From the human T2T-CHM13v2.0 reference genome, Homo sapiens, in NCBI RefSeq assembly GCF_009914755.1, contig NC_060927.1: 64,000 bases of DNA; one strand, given 5' to 3'. Below are positions 47,675 to 64,000 of the stretch, piece after piece. Each line of letters starts with the position of its first letter. The stretch's first letter is position 1. A program made the position numbers and the translations under genes. The notes below the pieces were generated by a model, which saw nothing but the letters and a program-made list of their open reading frames with translations, had not been told where the DNA came from and did not search any database.

Positions 47675-48449
47675 AAATTTATGTAGTGTAATAATATTAT
47701 TTTTATTCTCATTTTACATATTAGGAAACAGCTAATAATTCTATAATATGTAATATTCAGTCCTGTTCCTTAGCTCACTGGGCTGATGTGAAAGTCAGAT
47801 GTGATAATACATCTGAAAGTGCTTTATAAATTAGAAAACACTTAAATGTGAAATGTAATTTACCTTGATAATGGCACCTGTTACTTATAATATCATGGTG
47901 GTCTTCCTTAGTCTTTGGTTTTAGGCCACCATGAAGAATCACTTTCAAACTTATTTCTTTCTTTCACAACATTTGTCATTGTTATTAGCTGAGAATGAAA
48001 TCTCTAGTGAATTTGTCCTGAGACATTCATACTACCTTATGACTTAATGAAAAAACCCATCACTTTGAAACAGACAAACAAAAAACACTGGGTCAGCCAA
48101 TTAATGCTATTTTAAGTAATGAAGTTAACTGAAGTAAAATATTCTAAGGTTTCAAAAGCTGTATAGAGTCAGATTAACTCTGTAAGCAGAATGACGAAAT
48201 TCTCTTATGGCAGGTCCAGAGGGGAAGCTTCCTGGACCCAGCCTTAGATTGAATAGTGATCATGTGGACTTGTTCCTCACACTTGTTTCAAGTTTGTTTC
48301 AATATGACTGTAGTTGTTTTGATACTAATATGTGCCTACTAGCTGAGTGCTACTGGGCAAGTTAGTTAACCTTAGTGAGCTTGATTTTATAAGTAAAAAT
48401 AGAGATAACAACTGCTACTTTTGGTGGCTGTTTTAAGGATTGGAAATAA

Positions 48450-48750
<301 letters not shown>

Positions 48751-49011
48751 GGATTAGAAATAATTTATATAAAGTTCCTGGCACATATTCATCAGAATTC
48801 TGATTAGCACACATGGGTATGAGGAAACTAACTGGAGACCTGGGAAAGAACTGTCGGGAAGGATTAGAAGGAATAGTGCTTAGCACTCACACAGACCAGG
48901 AACAGTGCCAGTTCTTACCAGCCACACGGTAAAAAACCATGTAGTAATGTACAGCTTATTGGGTACTCAGAGGCCTCTTGCCTCAATAATGGGGAATAAT
49001 TAGCCCACAGA

Positions 49012-49226
49012 CAGTGTGGTTTCTCAACCTCAGCACTATAGGAATGTTAGACTTGATAATTCTTTGTTTTAAGGGGATCTCCTGTGTATTATATGATGTT
49101 TAGCAACGTCCCTGGCCTCAACACACTAGATGCCAGTGATGCCTCCTTTTGTGAAAGTAAAAAATGTCTCCAGACATTGCCAGATGTCCTCTGGGGATCA
49201 TAGTCATCTCCTGTTGAGAATCAGAG
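49012..49226 (+). mobile_element. MER20
   Basis: ggtttctcaacctcagcacta...gtttagca..ccctggcctc...ctagatgccag...aaaaatgtctccagacattgcca...gttgagaa. Confidence 0.85.
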
Positions 49227-49388
49227 CCCTAAACTCACTTCTGTGCTGGTCCTGCCTAATGAAGCTTAAAAGCAAGACCTAAGGGTCAAACTCTTTCCAA
49301 GTAATTTAACTGCATCCAAGAATAAAGATCAAGAATGGTTATAGGGTTTCCCCCCACCTACAGAAACAGAAAAAAAAATTTAAAATTT

Positions 49389-50233
<845 letters not shown>

Positions 50234-50342
50234 TCAAATGATTTTTGACAAGGGTCCCAAGACTTATACGATGGGGCAGAGACAGTCTGTTCAACAGATG
50301 GTGTTGGAAAATTGGATATCCATATGCAAAAGAATGAAATTG

Positions 50343-50950
<608 letters not shown>

Positions 50951-51377
50951 TTATACCATATGCAAAAATTAACTCAAAATGAATTAAAGACCTAAATGTA
51001 AAACCTGAAACTCTTAGAAGAAAACATTGGGTGAAAGCTTCAGGACACTGAATTTGGCAATGATTTCTTGGATATGGCATCAAAAACACAAGCAACAAAA
51101 GCACATATAGACACATGGGACTTCATCAAACCAAAAAACTTCTGCACATCAAAGGAAATAATCGGTAGAGTGAAAAGGCAACCTTAGGTGTGGAAGAAGA
51201 TATTAGTAAATCATATGACTGATAAGAGGATAATATCCAGAATATATAAAGAAGATCTGTAATTCAGTAACTAAAAACAACCTAATTAAAAAGTGGGCAA
51301 AAGATTGGAGTAGATGACATTCCAAAGATGACATACAAATGGTCCATAAGCATATAAAAAGATGTTCAATATCACTA

Positions 51378-51582
51378 CAAATGGTCCTTGACTTACAGTG
51401 GTTCGACTTACAATTTTTTAACTTTATGATAATGCAAAAATTATACACATTCAGTACACTCCTCCACTTATGATGGGGTTATATACAAATAACCCCATCA
51501 CAATTTGAAGTAAGTCAAAAGCGAGTTTTCTATGCACTTTCATCATCAGGATATAACATGACTGTAAGTTGAAGAACATCTG
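51378..51582 (-). mobile_element. MER47/Tigger5-family MITE (TcMar)
   Basis: TIRs caaatggtccttgacttac / gtaagttgaagaacatctg flanked by TA; the L1 text is continuous across it. Confidence 0.78.
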
Positions 51583-51846
51583 TATTCATAAGAGAAAACA
51601 AATATGCATCAAAATCATAATGACATATCACCTTATGCCCATTAGGATGACCAACAGCAAACAAATAGAAAATTTAAAAAGTGTTGCTGAGGGGATGCAG
51701 AGTGATTGGACCCCTTTTGAGAATGTAAAATAGTGCAGCCATTATAGAAAGCAGTATGGAGGGCCCTCAAAAAATTAAAAATAGAATTAACATATGATCC
51801 AGCAATTCCACCTCTAGGTATATATTTGAAAAAATTTAGAGCAGGA

Positions 51847-52147
51847 TTTTTTTTTTTTTTCCCCTGAGACGGGGTCTTGTTCTGTCACCCAGGCTGGAGT
51901 GCTGTGGCATGATCCCAACTCAATATAACATCTACCTCCTGGGTTCCAGCGATTCTCCTGTCTTGGCTTCCTGAGTAGCTTGGATTACAGGTACATGCCA
52001 CCATACCCGGCTAATTTTTATATTTTTAGTAGAAATGGGGTTTTACCATGTTGGCCGGGCTGGTCTCAAACTCCTGACCTCAGGTGATCCACTTGCCTTG
52101 GCCTTCCAAAGTGCTGGGATTACAGGCATGAGCCACCGTGCCCAGCC
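51847..52147 (-). mobile_element. AluS
   Basis: TSD tagagcaggat. Confidence 0.88.
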
Positions 52148-52607
52148 TAGAGCAGGATCTTAAACAGATATTTGCATATCCATGTTCATTGCATCATTAG
52201 TCACAACAGTAAGACGTGGAAGCAAACTACATGTCCACTTGCAAGTGACTATATGAAGGAAATGTGGTATAGAAATACAATGGAATATCAGGCAGCCTTT
52301 AAAAGAAGGAAATCTTGTCATATGCTACAACATGGACGAACCTCAAGGACGTTTTACTAAGCAAAATAAACCAGTGACAAAAGTACAAAGACTGTATGAT
52401 TCCACTCATGTGAACCATGTAGAGTAGTCGAAATCACAGAAACAAATTAGAAGGGATTGCCAGAGGCTGGGAGAGGAGAGAGGGGAAATTAGTGTTTAAT
52501 GGGTATAGAGTTTCAGATTGGCAAGATGACAAAGTTATAGAGAACTGTTGCATGACAATGCAATATAATCAACACTACTGAAATGTATACTTAAAAATGG
52601 TTAAGAA

Positions 52608-52974
<367 letters not shown>

Positions 52975-54165
52975 TTACCACAATAAAAAAAGTTATAGGA
53001 ATATAAAACTGTTACCCAACAAAGTAAACTTTACAGTGTCTTTCATCCAGTAAAAAATTACCAGGCATGCAATGAAGCAGGAAAATATTACCCATAACTA
53101 GAAGAGAAAATCTGTCAATCAAAACTGACCCAGAACTAACACAGTTATTAGACTTTTCAGACAATGGCATTAAAATGTAATTAGAGCCATATTACATATG
53201 CTTAAGAGAGTTAAGTGGAGACATAGAAAATATTTTAAGAGACCGAATTCAAACGTCTAGAGATAAAACCTACAGCACTTGAGATGAAAATACAATGGAC
53301 AGGATTAAGGGCAGATTAGACATTGCAGAAGAAAAGATTAGAGACCTCGGAGACATAACAATGGAAGCTGTCTAAAATGCAGCAAAAAGGAAAGAACTAC
53401 AAAAATACTTAAAATAGCAGTAATTTGCATGATAACTTTAAGTGGTCTAATATTTGTGTACTTATGTTCCCTGAAGGAGGAGGGAGGAACAGAAGAAATA
53501 TTTGAAGAGATCATGGCTGAAAAAATTTTCCAAATTTGATGAAACCTATAAACCCAAAGATCCAAGATGCTCAGTGAACCCCAAACAAAAGCTATATGAG
53601 GAAAACTACATCAAAGCATAATTGTTTTGTTTAAATCCACTGATAAGGATAAAATTCTAAAAGAACCCAAAGAAAAAATACACATTACATAGGAAGAAAG
53701 GTAAAAATGATGTAGATGTCTTTTGCTTGTATTCAATTGAAGTCTTCAACTGTACTTGTGGATTTGTCTATTTCTCACTGCAGTGCTGTTGAGTTTTGCC
53801 CGCGATGGTGTAGTATAGATAAGATAGTGGAGGAACATTATTAAGGTAGTAAAAGAAAAACAGTCAACCTAGAATTCTACACCCAACAAAAATATACTTC
53901 AAAAAAAAAGATGAAATTAAGGACTTTTTAGACATGTGAAAACTGAAAGAACTCACCAGCAGCCTTGCCTGACAAATGTTAAACGAAGTCCTCAAGGCAG
54001 AAGGAAATACAGGTCTGTACAAAGAAGAGCATCAGAAATGGTGCTACATGAGTAAACAGATAAGATTTCTTATTGTTTAAGTCATTTTAAAAGCCAGTTG
54101 TTTTAAATAAAAATAATAAAACATATGGGGTTTGAGCGGAAAAATGGAAGCATACCATTGTAACT

Positions 54166-54330
54166 TTTTTTTTTTTTTTGTCTTTTAGAGACAGTTTCTC
54201 ACTCTGTCACCCAGGCTGGAGTGCAGTGGTGCAATCATGGCTCACTGTAGCCTCTGAACTCCTGGGCTCATGTGATCCTCCCAACCTTAGCCTCCCAAGT
54301 AGCTGGAACTTCAGGCACATACCACCACAC
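54166..54330 (-). mobile_element. Alu right-arm monomer (FRAM/AluJ half)
   Basis: T-tail plus a single arm. Confidence 0.75.
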
Positions 54331-54646
54331 TGTAATATTCTTATGCTATATTTGAAATTGTGTAATAGTGCTTGAAGATAAGCTGTAGTAAGTTAAAAAT
54401 GTGTATGCTATAAATCCTAAAGCAATCGCTAAAAATGACAGAGAATTATAACAAGAGAAGAAAGGAGATAAAATGGAATTATAAATCATATTTGGGTAAT
54501 CCAAAAGAAGAAAAAAGAGGAAAAAAGAAAACAAAGAACAAATGGGACAAATAGAAAACAAATAGCAGGAGAAAAAACTTAACCTTATCGATAATCACAT
54601 TAAAGATTAATTGTCTACATATCTCAATTAAAAAGTAGAGATTCAC

Positions 54647-54863
<217 letters not shown>

Positions 54864-55099
54864 TGTTTGAATAGAGATATAACATGGTGATGAACTCTCA
54901 GTATTGTTCAGACATCAGTTCCCCAAAATCAATCCTTAGGTTTACTGGAATTCCAGGCTAAATCACAGAAGGCTATTTTAGTAGAAATGGACACCCTGAT
55001 TCTAAAATTCATATGGAAATGTGAATGACCTAGAATGGCCCAAACTATTTTGGACAAAAATAACAGAACTGGAGAACTAGTGCTACCTGATTTCTAGAG

Positions 55100-55440
55100 C
55101 TTTTTGTTTGTTTGTGTGTGTGCGTGTGTTTTGTTTGTTTCTTTGTTTGTTTTTAAGAGACAGGGTTTTGTTCTGGTGCCCAGGCTAAAGTGCAGTGGCA
55201 TCATCATAGCTCACTGCAGCCTTGACCTCCTGGGCTCAAGAGAGCCTTTCACCTCAGCCTTTCAAGTAGCTAGGGTAACAAGAGCATGCCATCACACCTG
55301 CTAATTTTTTTTTTTTTCCTGTGGCAATAGGGTTCTCACTGTGTTGCCCAAGTTGGTCCCAAACTCCTGGCCTCAAGCTGTCCTCCCACTTCAGCTACCC
55401 AAAGTGTTGTGACTGTAGGTGTGAGCCACCACACCCAGCC
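55100..55440 (-). mobile_element. AluJ
   Basis: Antisense dimer with TTTG/TG tail. Confidence 0.85.
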
Positions 55441-57961
55441 CCTCTAGACATTTTATAAAGTTACAGTAATTAACAGTGTTGTATTTGCATAAAGATAGAC
55501 ATGTGAATGGAATAGAATAGAAAGTCCATAAATAGGCTCACACATATGGACAACTGAATTTCAACAAAGATGCAAATGCAATTCAGTGGAGAAACAATAA
55601 TTGCCCACAAATGGTGCTGGAAAAATTGGATACCCAGATGCAAAAAAAAGAACATTGATTCATACCTTGTATTATAAACAAACCCAAAATAGATTGTAGA
55701 CCTGAATATCACTCCCAGAAAATACAAAACTTCTGAAAGAAAAAATACTGTGACCTTGGGTTTGGTAAAAATTTCAAAGATACAACGCCAAAAGCATGGT
55801 CTATGATAGAAAGGGTGGATAAGTTGGACTTCATCAAAATGTAAAAGTTCTAGCATTTCAAATAAGCTATTAAGAGAATGAAATGACAATTCTCAGACTG
55901 GGAGAAAACATTTGCAAAGTATATATCTAATAAAGCACCTATATCCATAATATGCAAACAACCCTCAACTCACTAAGAAAACAAAATGCACAATAAAATA
56001 ATGGGCAAAAGATTTGGACACTTAACCGAAGAAGATATATGGATGGGTAGATAAGCTCATGAAAAGATGCTCATCATCATTAGTCATCAGAGAAGTGTAA
56101 ATATCATACCATAGTGAGATAGCACTATTTGAATGGCCAAAATTAGAAAGATCGATCATACCACGTGTTGGTGAATATGTGGAGGAACGCGAAATCTCAT
56201 ACACTATTGATGGGACTGCAAAATGGTATAATTATTTTGGAAAGTAACTTGATAGCATCTTAAAAAGTCAAATATACATTTACCACGATTTCCAGCCATT
56301 CTACTATAGGCATTTACTGAAGAAAAATGAATGTGTTTGTCCACACACAGACTTGCACACAATAGTTCATAGCAGCTTTTTTGTAATAACCAAAATCTGT
56401 GAACAACCTAAGTGTCTTCATGATTTATCCATTCAAAAGAACACTACTCAGAAATATAAAGGAATGAACTATTAAAATACACAACATAGATCTCAAAATA
56501 TTTATGCTGACTGAAAGAAGCCAGAAGAAAAGAGTATGTACACATGATTCTGTTTATATAAAACTCTCAAAAATGCAAACTAATCTATAGTGACATTAAA
56601 CACATCAGTGGTTGTCTAGGAACAGAGGAGGACGGGAAGGAGGGATTACCAAGGAGCATGAGGAATATTATAGGAATCATAGACATGTTCACTTTCTTAA
56701 TAGTGACAGTTTCAAATATGTTCTAATATGTCAAAACTTCACATTTTATACATTAAATATGTGCAGCTTAGCGTATGTCAATTATACCTTAAAGCTATTA
56801 AAAATCAATTTATAGTTTAGAAAAATGATCATGAAAAGCTTTAACATCATGGGAAAATACTTACAATGTAATATTCAAAGGTGGATAGTTTTGTGTAAAT
56901 TATGTTTTAAGAAAAAGCCTGTGAAAAGCCTGTGAAGGAACAGTCCAAAAAATTGAGTGTAGTTTTCTCCTGTGTATATGTGTATGTGTATTCAGGATAT
57001 GTAATTAAATATGGAAAAGAAAGTAGAAAGTTAAAGGTTATCCCAGATTCCATCATCCTGATTAATACTTTTTATCTGTAGATAAACAACATGCCAGGCC
57101 CCCCCGCCCCCTCTCTCTCTCTATATATATATGAGATTTAGAGCTGCTTTAATGGCCAAGAACTCTTTCTCCATTCTTTATTCCTCTACTCATCCTCCTG
57201 CTGTCACTGCTCTCGAAGAAGCTAGCCAGCGCCATCGGAAAAGGTGATAGTTGCAATCCGTGTGTGAGATGTGAGTGTAGGGGCCCAGGGGATCCCTTTT
57301 CCCCAACATACCTGTCTATCTGCTCGCTTAACCTGAGATTCCAAAATTCCTAGAGAATAAAACTTTTTTATTCTATAATTAAGTCGTTTTAAGCATGCAA
57401 TCTCCTGAAAGAGGCAATAAAATAGTGCCTGGCCTTTCACATGTGCTTTCTCATTTGATCCTGACAACGCTATGAGATAGGTATTATTTCTTCCACTCTA
57501 AAAAGTGAGATCCAGAGAGGTCAGATACCCCAGATTGCACAGCTGGTAAGATGTAAAGCCAGCATGGCATCCTGGATCTGCCACGTTTCAAAGCTCAGTT
57601 GAAGGCAAGAAAGGATAGGGTGTTGAGAAGGCAGAAGTGCTGTCATGAAGGGTTGACACCTGTAGTAACTGTGGCCCCCTTAATTGGTCTGTCTCTGAAC
57701 ACAGGGACAACAGTGACACTTCAGTGTTGGCGGAAACATGCCTGCTTTTGAGTGCTCTAAAAAGGATGCCTGGGAATGGTGTTTAGCATGTGTCTTTAAA
57801 CTCTTTCTAGCCATACCATCTGTTTCTCTGAGGCACATTTTCTCAATATTCATTTTGGAATGTAATGATGTACTAGCTTGTATTATATTTGATTTATAAC
57901 TCTGTAACAAGGATGAATTCCCAGGCCTCAAAATTTAGGTGTGTAAGAAACACTTATCTTC

Positions 57962-58289
<328 letters not shown>

Positions 58290-60167
58290 TATCTTTATGT
58301 TTATTATAACGTAATTTCTATCATCAGTACTTATATAATAGAAGACTTCCTTAGGGTAAAACATACAAGTAAAACTCAGTCATTTAAGGCTGAGCTCAGT
58401 TGTCATCCCTGTGTGGTAGCAGTACGTTTTCAGAAACTTCGTCGTATCATAGCATGGATAGGAGGGTGAGGAGTTCAGGGCTGTCATTTCTCTTAAACCA
58501 GCTTCTGCTGAGACTTTGTGTAGTCCCTGGGTGTGGTTGTCCCTCCCTGCTGACATCTGAAGTGTCTGAATTTCCCCTTAGTCTGTAATAATGAGGTCCT
58601 TGTGGGGTCCCTTCATTAAGACCCTGAATCCCCTTCAAATCCACTTGGTTTTAGTAGTGGAATGGAAGAGGGAATGGGTTCGGATTGTCAAAGAGTAAGT
58701 TATAATTTAGCTGTTTTACCCCATTACACTTGAGATAACATTGCTTTTCTCCAATTCCTACTTCTCCTTTGAATACTTTCTGTATCATTTGAATATACGG
58801 ACACCTCTTCTTCATCTCACCTCCTTAATTCTCTGTGTCTAGACTGTACCAGATGGTGAATTTTATTGATTACACTTATACTAACATTGCTGTTTAGCTT
58901 ACTAATTTGTTTTTCTTACATCCCCCAACTAGTTTGAAAGCTCGTGGAATCTCTAGACCAGAAATTAAACTTCTTGATGCCCTTCGCAGTGCTTAGCATA
59001 TGACTGAGTGCACAGGCAGTTCTTAGTAAGTGTTGGCTGGATGAATAAATGAATGAATTTAAACTTTCTAAGTGTAGAGAATAAATCTAATATTTTTTTC
59101 TATATCCCCTATGATGTTTGACATAGTGTTAAACACTAAGCAGTCATAAACTATTTACTTAATTGAATTGAATTGAGAGCCATTTTATATTACTAGTTCT
59201 ACATGTATTTCAAGTGTCTAACGAAGCCTCGAAAAACCAAGTCTGCTGCAGACTGCTCATTGGAAAATATTTTAAGCTATTGATTAAAATTGACTGGGAG
59301 AATTTTATACAATAGAGGAAATAAGTGTGATTACATACATGGCATGTCAGAGACAGGAAACAATACAAGACCAGAAGAATTTAAAATCCTGCTAATATTA
59401 TTTGAAATGTATATTGTTTAAGTGGATATAAGCAAACAGTAGGCAGATGAATCTACTTCACTTCTCTGAAGGTATGGGAGAAAAAATGAACTAAGAAGAT
59501 GATTTTCTTGAATTTATCTTTTGGTAGGGTTTTAGTGACTTTCTGTACTTGGGTTCATACAACAAATTTTTATCAAGCAACAACTATGGATAAATAATGC
59601 TTTCGACAGTTTTCAGAGATAACTTGAAAAAAGATGTCTCTTATTTCCAAGAATGTGTAGTCCTTGATGAAGGCAGGATGAACAGAAAGTACTGTGTGCA
59701 AAATGGCATTAATCAGAAGGCTCAGTGAGTTCCTTTGACATCACTGAGTAATATGATTGCTTATTCAGGCTGAAGGATTTGAGGAAGACTACACAAGAGA
59801 AATGGTATTTCATTGGATCTGGAATGATTACCAAGACTTTAAAGGGTGAAGAAAGGATGAAGAGAATTTCAGGAAAAGGGCATGTATAGAGGGTTAATAT
59901 TTAAAAATAACATGTATGGGATCTGCTGATGTGCTCAGTTTGATTGCAGCATGTGGTACGGAGTGTGTGGTTGGGTGGTGTCTGATGTGGATTTGGCTAG
60001 GTTGTAGGGGCATTCATTTAGAGGCCAGTTTGGATTTACTGTAGTAGTTTATCAAGGTTTATGCCCTTCATTTCTCAAAAATTCTTTTTAGCCATCATAT
60101 GGGAATAGTTAAGTGTGAATCTTCACTTTTTTTCTTCCTCTCTTGTCTGTTATAAAAGTAATATTTG

Positions 60168-60570
60168 AGCTGGGCCTGGTGACAGCCCATGCCTACAGAG
60201 ACCAGCCTGGTTAAAAGAGTGAGACCTGGTCTCTACAAAAAACAAAAACAAAACAAAACATTTAGCCAGGTATGGTAGTGCATGCCTGTAGTCCTAGCTT
60301 TGAGAGGCTGAGGTGGGAGAATGGCTTGAGCCCAGGTGTTTGAAGTTGCAATGAGCTAATGATTGTACCACTGTACTCCAGCCTGGGTGACAGAGACCCA
60401 GAGTGATTATATATATATATATATTATATATATATATAATCTGTCTATATTATATCTATATTATATATAGATATATATAATATCTATATATCTATATATC
60501 TCTCTATATATTATATGTATTATCTATATATCTATATTATATATAGATAAATAATATATATATTTATGTT
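60168..60570 (+). mobile_element. Internally deleted AluJ whose tail is a ~160-bp TA-rich low-complexity tract (60407-60565)
   Basis: TSD aagtaatatttg at 60156-60167 and 60571-60582. Confidence 0.8.
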
Positions 60571-61399
60571 AAGTAATATTTGGTCATTGTTGGAAATATA
60601 CAAGTATATAGAAAAAAATTAAGGCATTCATAATCTCACCACCCTCATCCCCAAAATAGCTCCTATTATCATTTATATATATGTATGAATATATATATCC
60701 TGTTCTTTTTAAAAGATATGTAATTTTCTTTTTAAACATTTTCTGTTTTTATGAATTCCTTTTTGTTTTAATCTCTGAAGAATTTAGACATATTTATTAC
60801 AAAGTCCTTTTTGTGATTCCCAGTTTGGAAGTCTCTTACTTTCATGCTGATGGATTCTTACAGTTCGTAATTTTTGTCTGTGTAAGTTTTGTCTTAAGAG
60901 CACTATCTTCAGCTGGAGTCCAGTGTGTACTCTGGGTGGTGGCGGTCTTCCTACAGAGCACTTCTGCTTTTGCCTTTGTGAGATCCTTATGGTTTCGTTG
61001 GTTTCTTGGGTTCTGGGTTTCTTTAGGGGAGATGGTGTGAATTCAGGCTCCCCCTGACACCTAGGGCAGCTTTGGGGTTCAGATTTCTCCTGGGTGCCTT
61101 TTTGTTTTTTTCTATCTGTAGTATGTGTTAAGTATACCACTTTACAGACAGGACTGCCTCTTCCCAGTTTTGGCCTTTCTTTTCTACTTCTAACTTTCTG
61201 CTGTGTTCAGGATCTGAGGGTCTCACTCCCTTGAGTTGTGAGTGTTGCCCTACTCTTATGCAGCTTCCCACTTCATATCTGGCTCTGGAGGTTTCTTTTG
61301 CTTGCTCTAGATCATGTATCTATTGAAAATATTTAAAGATTTGTATTTTATTAAACATTTCTACATGTTTCCCTTGTCACCTCTGTCTAACCTGTCTTT

Positions 61400-61975
61400 T
61401 TTTCTTTGCACAGGTGTATACTTTAAACAAAGTTGGGAATATACTATACTTACTGATAATCTCCTTTTTGGAAACCTGATAGTATATGGTGAATTTTTTT
61501 CCATATTCTTTGAGAACATGATTTTTAATTACTATCTGATATTCCTTTTATTGGGAGATTTACCATATATTATTAAATAAATTCTCTATTTTTTAGAAGT
61601 TTAGGTTGTTTTCATTTTCCATTATTTTAAGTAAAAATGAAGTAAAGATCTATACCAAAATTTCTCTGCTCATTTTGGAATACTTCTGTAGAATAATTCC
61701 TACAAATGGAATTGTTTCATCAACATTTTTGAAGAAAGCCTTGTTAATTTGAGGCTTTTGAATCCATTGCTGCTAAATTGTGCTACAAAGTTTGTTCCAG
61801 TTTTCACCCCATCAGTGTGGTCTGTCAGTCTGTGCCCCATATGGCAGGGTCTCTGTTTCCCAGAACATATTATCCGATTATTATCCCTTTAAAAGTATGG
61901 TTAATTTTCTGAGCAAAACAATGGTATTAATATTTCATTGTTATTTTAATTTTCATTTAGCTTAATGGCCATTTA
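61400..61975 (-). mobile_element. Old LINE-1 (L1ME-like) fragment
   Basis: tttaggttgtttt...aattcctacaaatggaattg...cattgttattttaattt antisense L1 motifs, highly diverged. Confidence 0.55.
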
Positions 61976-62009
61976 AAAATATAGTTTGAATAGATCTGTG
62001 ATATTTTCA

Positions 62010-62255
62010 GCTTTGCAGCCTCGACCTCCTGGGAGCTCAAGTGATCCTCCCACCTCACCCCTCCAAGTAGCTGAGACTACAGGGAAGCACCATCACACTG
62101 GGCTAATTTTAGTATTTTTTGTAGAGACAGGGTTTTGCCAGGTTGCCCAGGCTGGTCTTGAACTCCTGGGCTCAGGTGATCTGCCTACCCCACCACCATC
62201 CTTCACCCAGTCCATTTCCCACCCAGGATTATAGGCATGAGCCTGTTCCCAGCCT
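62010..62255 (-). mobile_element. Partial AluJ
   Basis: Antisense, lacks the tail end. Confidence 0.78.
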
Positions 62256-63015
62256 TCTTTTGTTATTTGCTGTCTTCCTATTGCCTCCCAAAAGAGTTGG
62301 ATCTTTAGGTGGAAGTTGTATTTGTTAAGGGCAATGATGGGTGAGAGAGGTTGCAAATTGTAGAAGCTGAGGAAAGAATTAAATTCCTTAACATAAGAAA
62401 AGCTGTTGAGATGGAGGTTGAGGGAACAAGGCCTTGGAGAAGGGGAGACTGGAGCCCAGAAAGGAAGGGCCAGGAGTTGTGTCAGGGTAGAGAGTTTTAG
62501 AGTGATCAGAGAGGAGGTGGCTCTCTTGCAGAGAAGAGCTTTGGAGAAAGATAGAACAGTTAAAGGAAATTTTGCAGTTTTGCCCAGTGGTGTGTAAAGT
62601 AAATTTTTCTTCTTGATTTCTCCACAAAGTCTTAAGCAAGATATTTCTTGTTAAATGCATTGCCAGGTTGGCTGTATTTGATAGGAATGCATTGAAGCTG
62701 TGGTTATGGCCTATGATGGGCATCAGATAAGAGCCAAATACTGGATGGAGAAAGGTCGAGCAGAAATGTACCTCCTGAAGTAGCCCTGGTAAGACTGAAG
62801 CAAGGCTACGCTCACTGATGACAAAAGGAGTCCAGTTTTTCCTCTTATATAAGTTCTGGGGTCCTAGTATACATCAAAGAATGGAGAGGGATCTACATAA
62901 CAACTAGCATTGGTCTTCTAATACTGAGTATGCGTAGAGCTAACTTTGATTTAGTTTAGGAAAATAAGGAACATAATCTGGGAGTTATAGAATATATTAG
63001 TTGAATTCTCTTTAA

Positions 63016-63376
<361 letters not shown>

Positions 63377-63494
63377 TCTTCTTTTATTTCTAAAGTTATA
63401 CAACCCATGGCATATAAACATTAATGCCTATTATGTCTTAATTTTGGCTTGAACCTCTTAGGCCTGTAAAATGACAGTGGTTTTCTTTGGTAGG

Positions 63495-63800
63495 TTTTTT
63501 GTTTTTTGTTTTTTTTTGAGACAGGGTCTCACTCTGTCGCCCAAGCTGGAGTGCAGTGATATGATCATGGCTCACTGCAGCCTCGACTTCCCAGGCTCAA
63601 GGGATTCTCCTACCTCAGCCTCCTGAGTAACTAAGACCACAGGTGCATGTCACCACGCCTGGCTAATTTATTTTTATTTTTCATAGAGATGGGGTCTCTC
63701 TGTGTTGTCCAGGCTCGTCTCAAACTCCTGGGCTCAAGCGATACTCCTGCCTTGGCCTCCCAAAGTGCTGGGATTATAGGCGTGAGCCACGGTGCCTGAC
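63495..63800 (-). mobile_element. AluJ
   Basis: Antisense dimer. Confidence 0.87.
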
Positions 63801-64000
63801 TTCTTTAGTAGTTTTTTATTTAAAGTCCTCTTTTGATGCGCATACTCTTACTCAGCATTGTCAATGACTTGTTCTGGAATGTGAAGCATATAATTTTACC
63901 CCTCAATCTAAATGCTGTTTTTCTTAATTGTGGAGTGAGGAGTGTTGACGGGACTTTATAACTGTTAGAAATCATTAAACTTGAGTGTCGTGATTCATTT

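Noticed and set aside
53798-53822. tRNA-like 5' end gcccgcgatggtgtagtatag
   Set aside because: No B-box or cloverleaf follows; too short to support.
55470-55889. 139-aa minus-strand ORF
   Set aside because: Antisense reading of decayed L1 ORF2.
60681-61140. Overlapping 118-119 aa ORFs, one hydrophobic
   Set aside because: T-rich degraded repeat-like sequence gives Phe/Val/Leu bias; no splice or homology support.

Overview
Human (primate) genomic DNA, very Alu/L1-rich, with no protein-coding exon I can support. Most ORFs in the track are Alu, L1, simple-repeat or pseudogene read-through. From left to right: a full-length RPL6 processed pseudogene split by two Alus (160-1715), a tailless 5S rRNA retropseudogene (10962-11051, minus), and a CpG-island promoter with a non-coding first exon on the + strand (~15660-15769). 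About 48 kb of intron follows, containing a second, CpG-poor candidate first exon ending at 42813. From recall, not a search, this order and the exon sequences match the 3q23 interval between ATR and PLS1 (RPL6P9, RNA5SP143, PLS1 5' UTR exons); the PLS1 start codon would lie beyond the window. I see no evidence of a new multi-gene biological system. The best oddities are small-scale: an AluY with six AluYb8 diagnostic changes but no 7-bp duplication, a 52-bp tandem duplication doubling a CTCF-like/E-box/GATA module near the promoter, a perfect 31-bp copy between old L1 fragments, fold-back scars, and deeply nested transposons. Repeat subfamily calls are by eye and boundaries are approximate unless a TSD is quoted.
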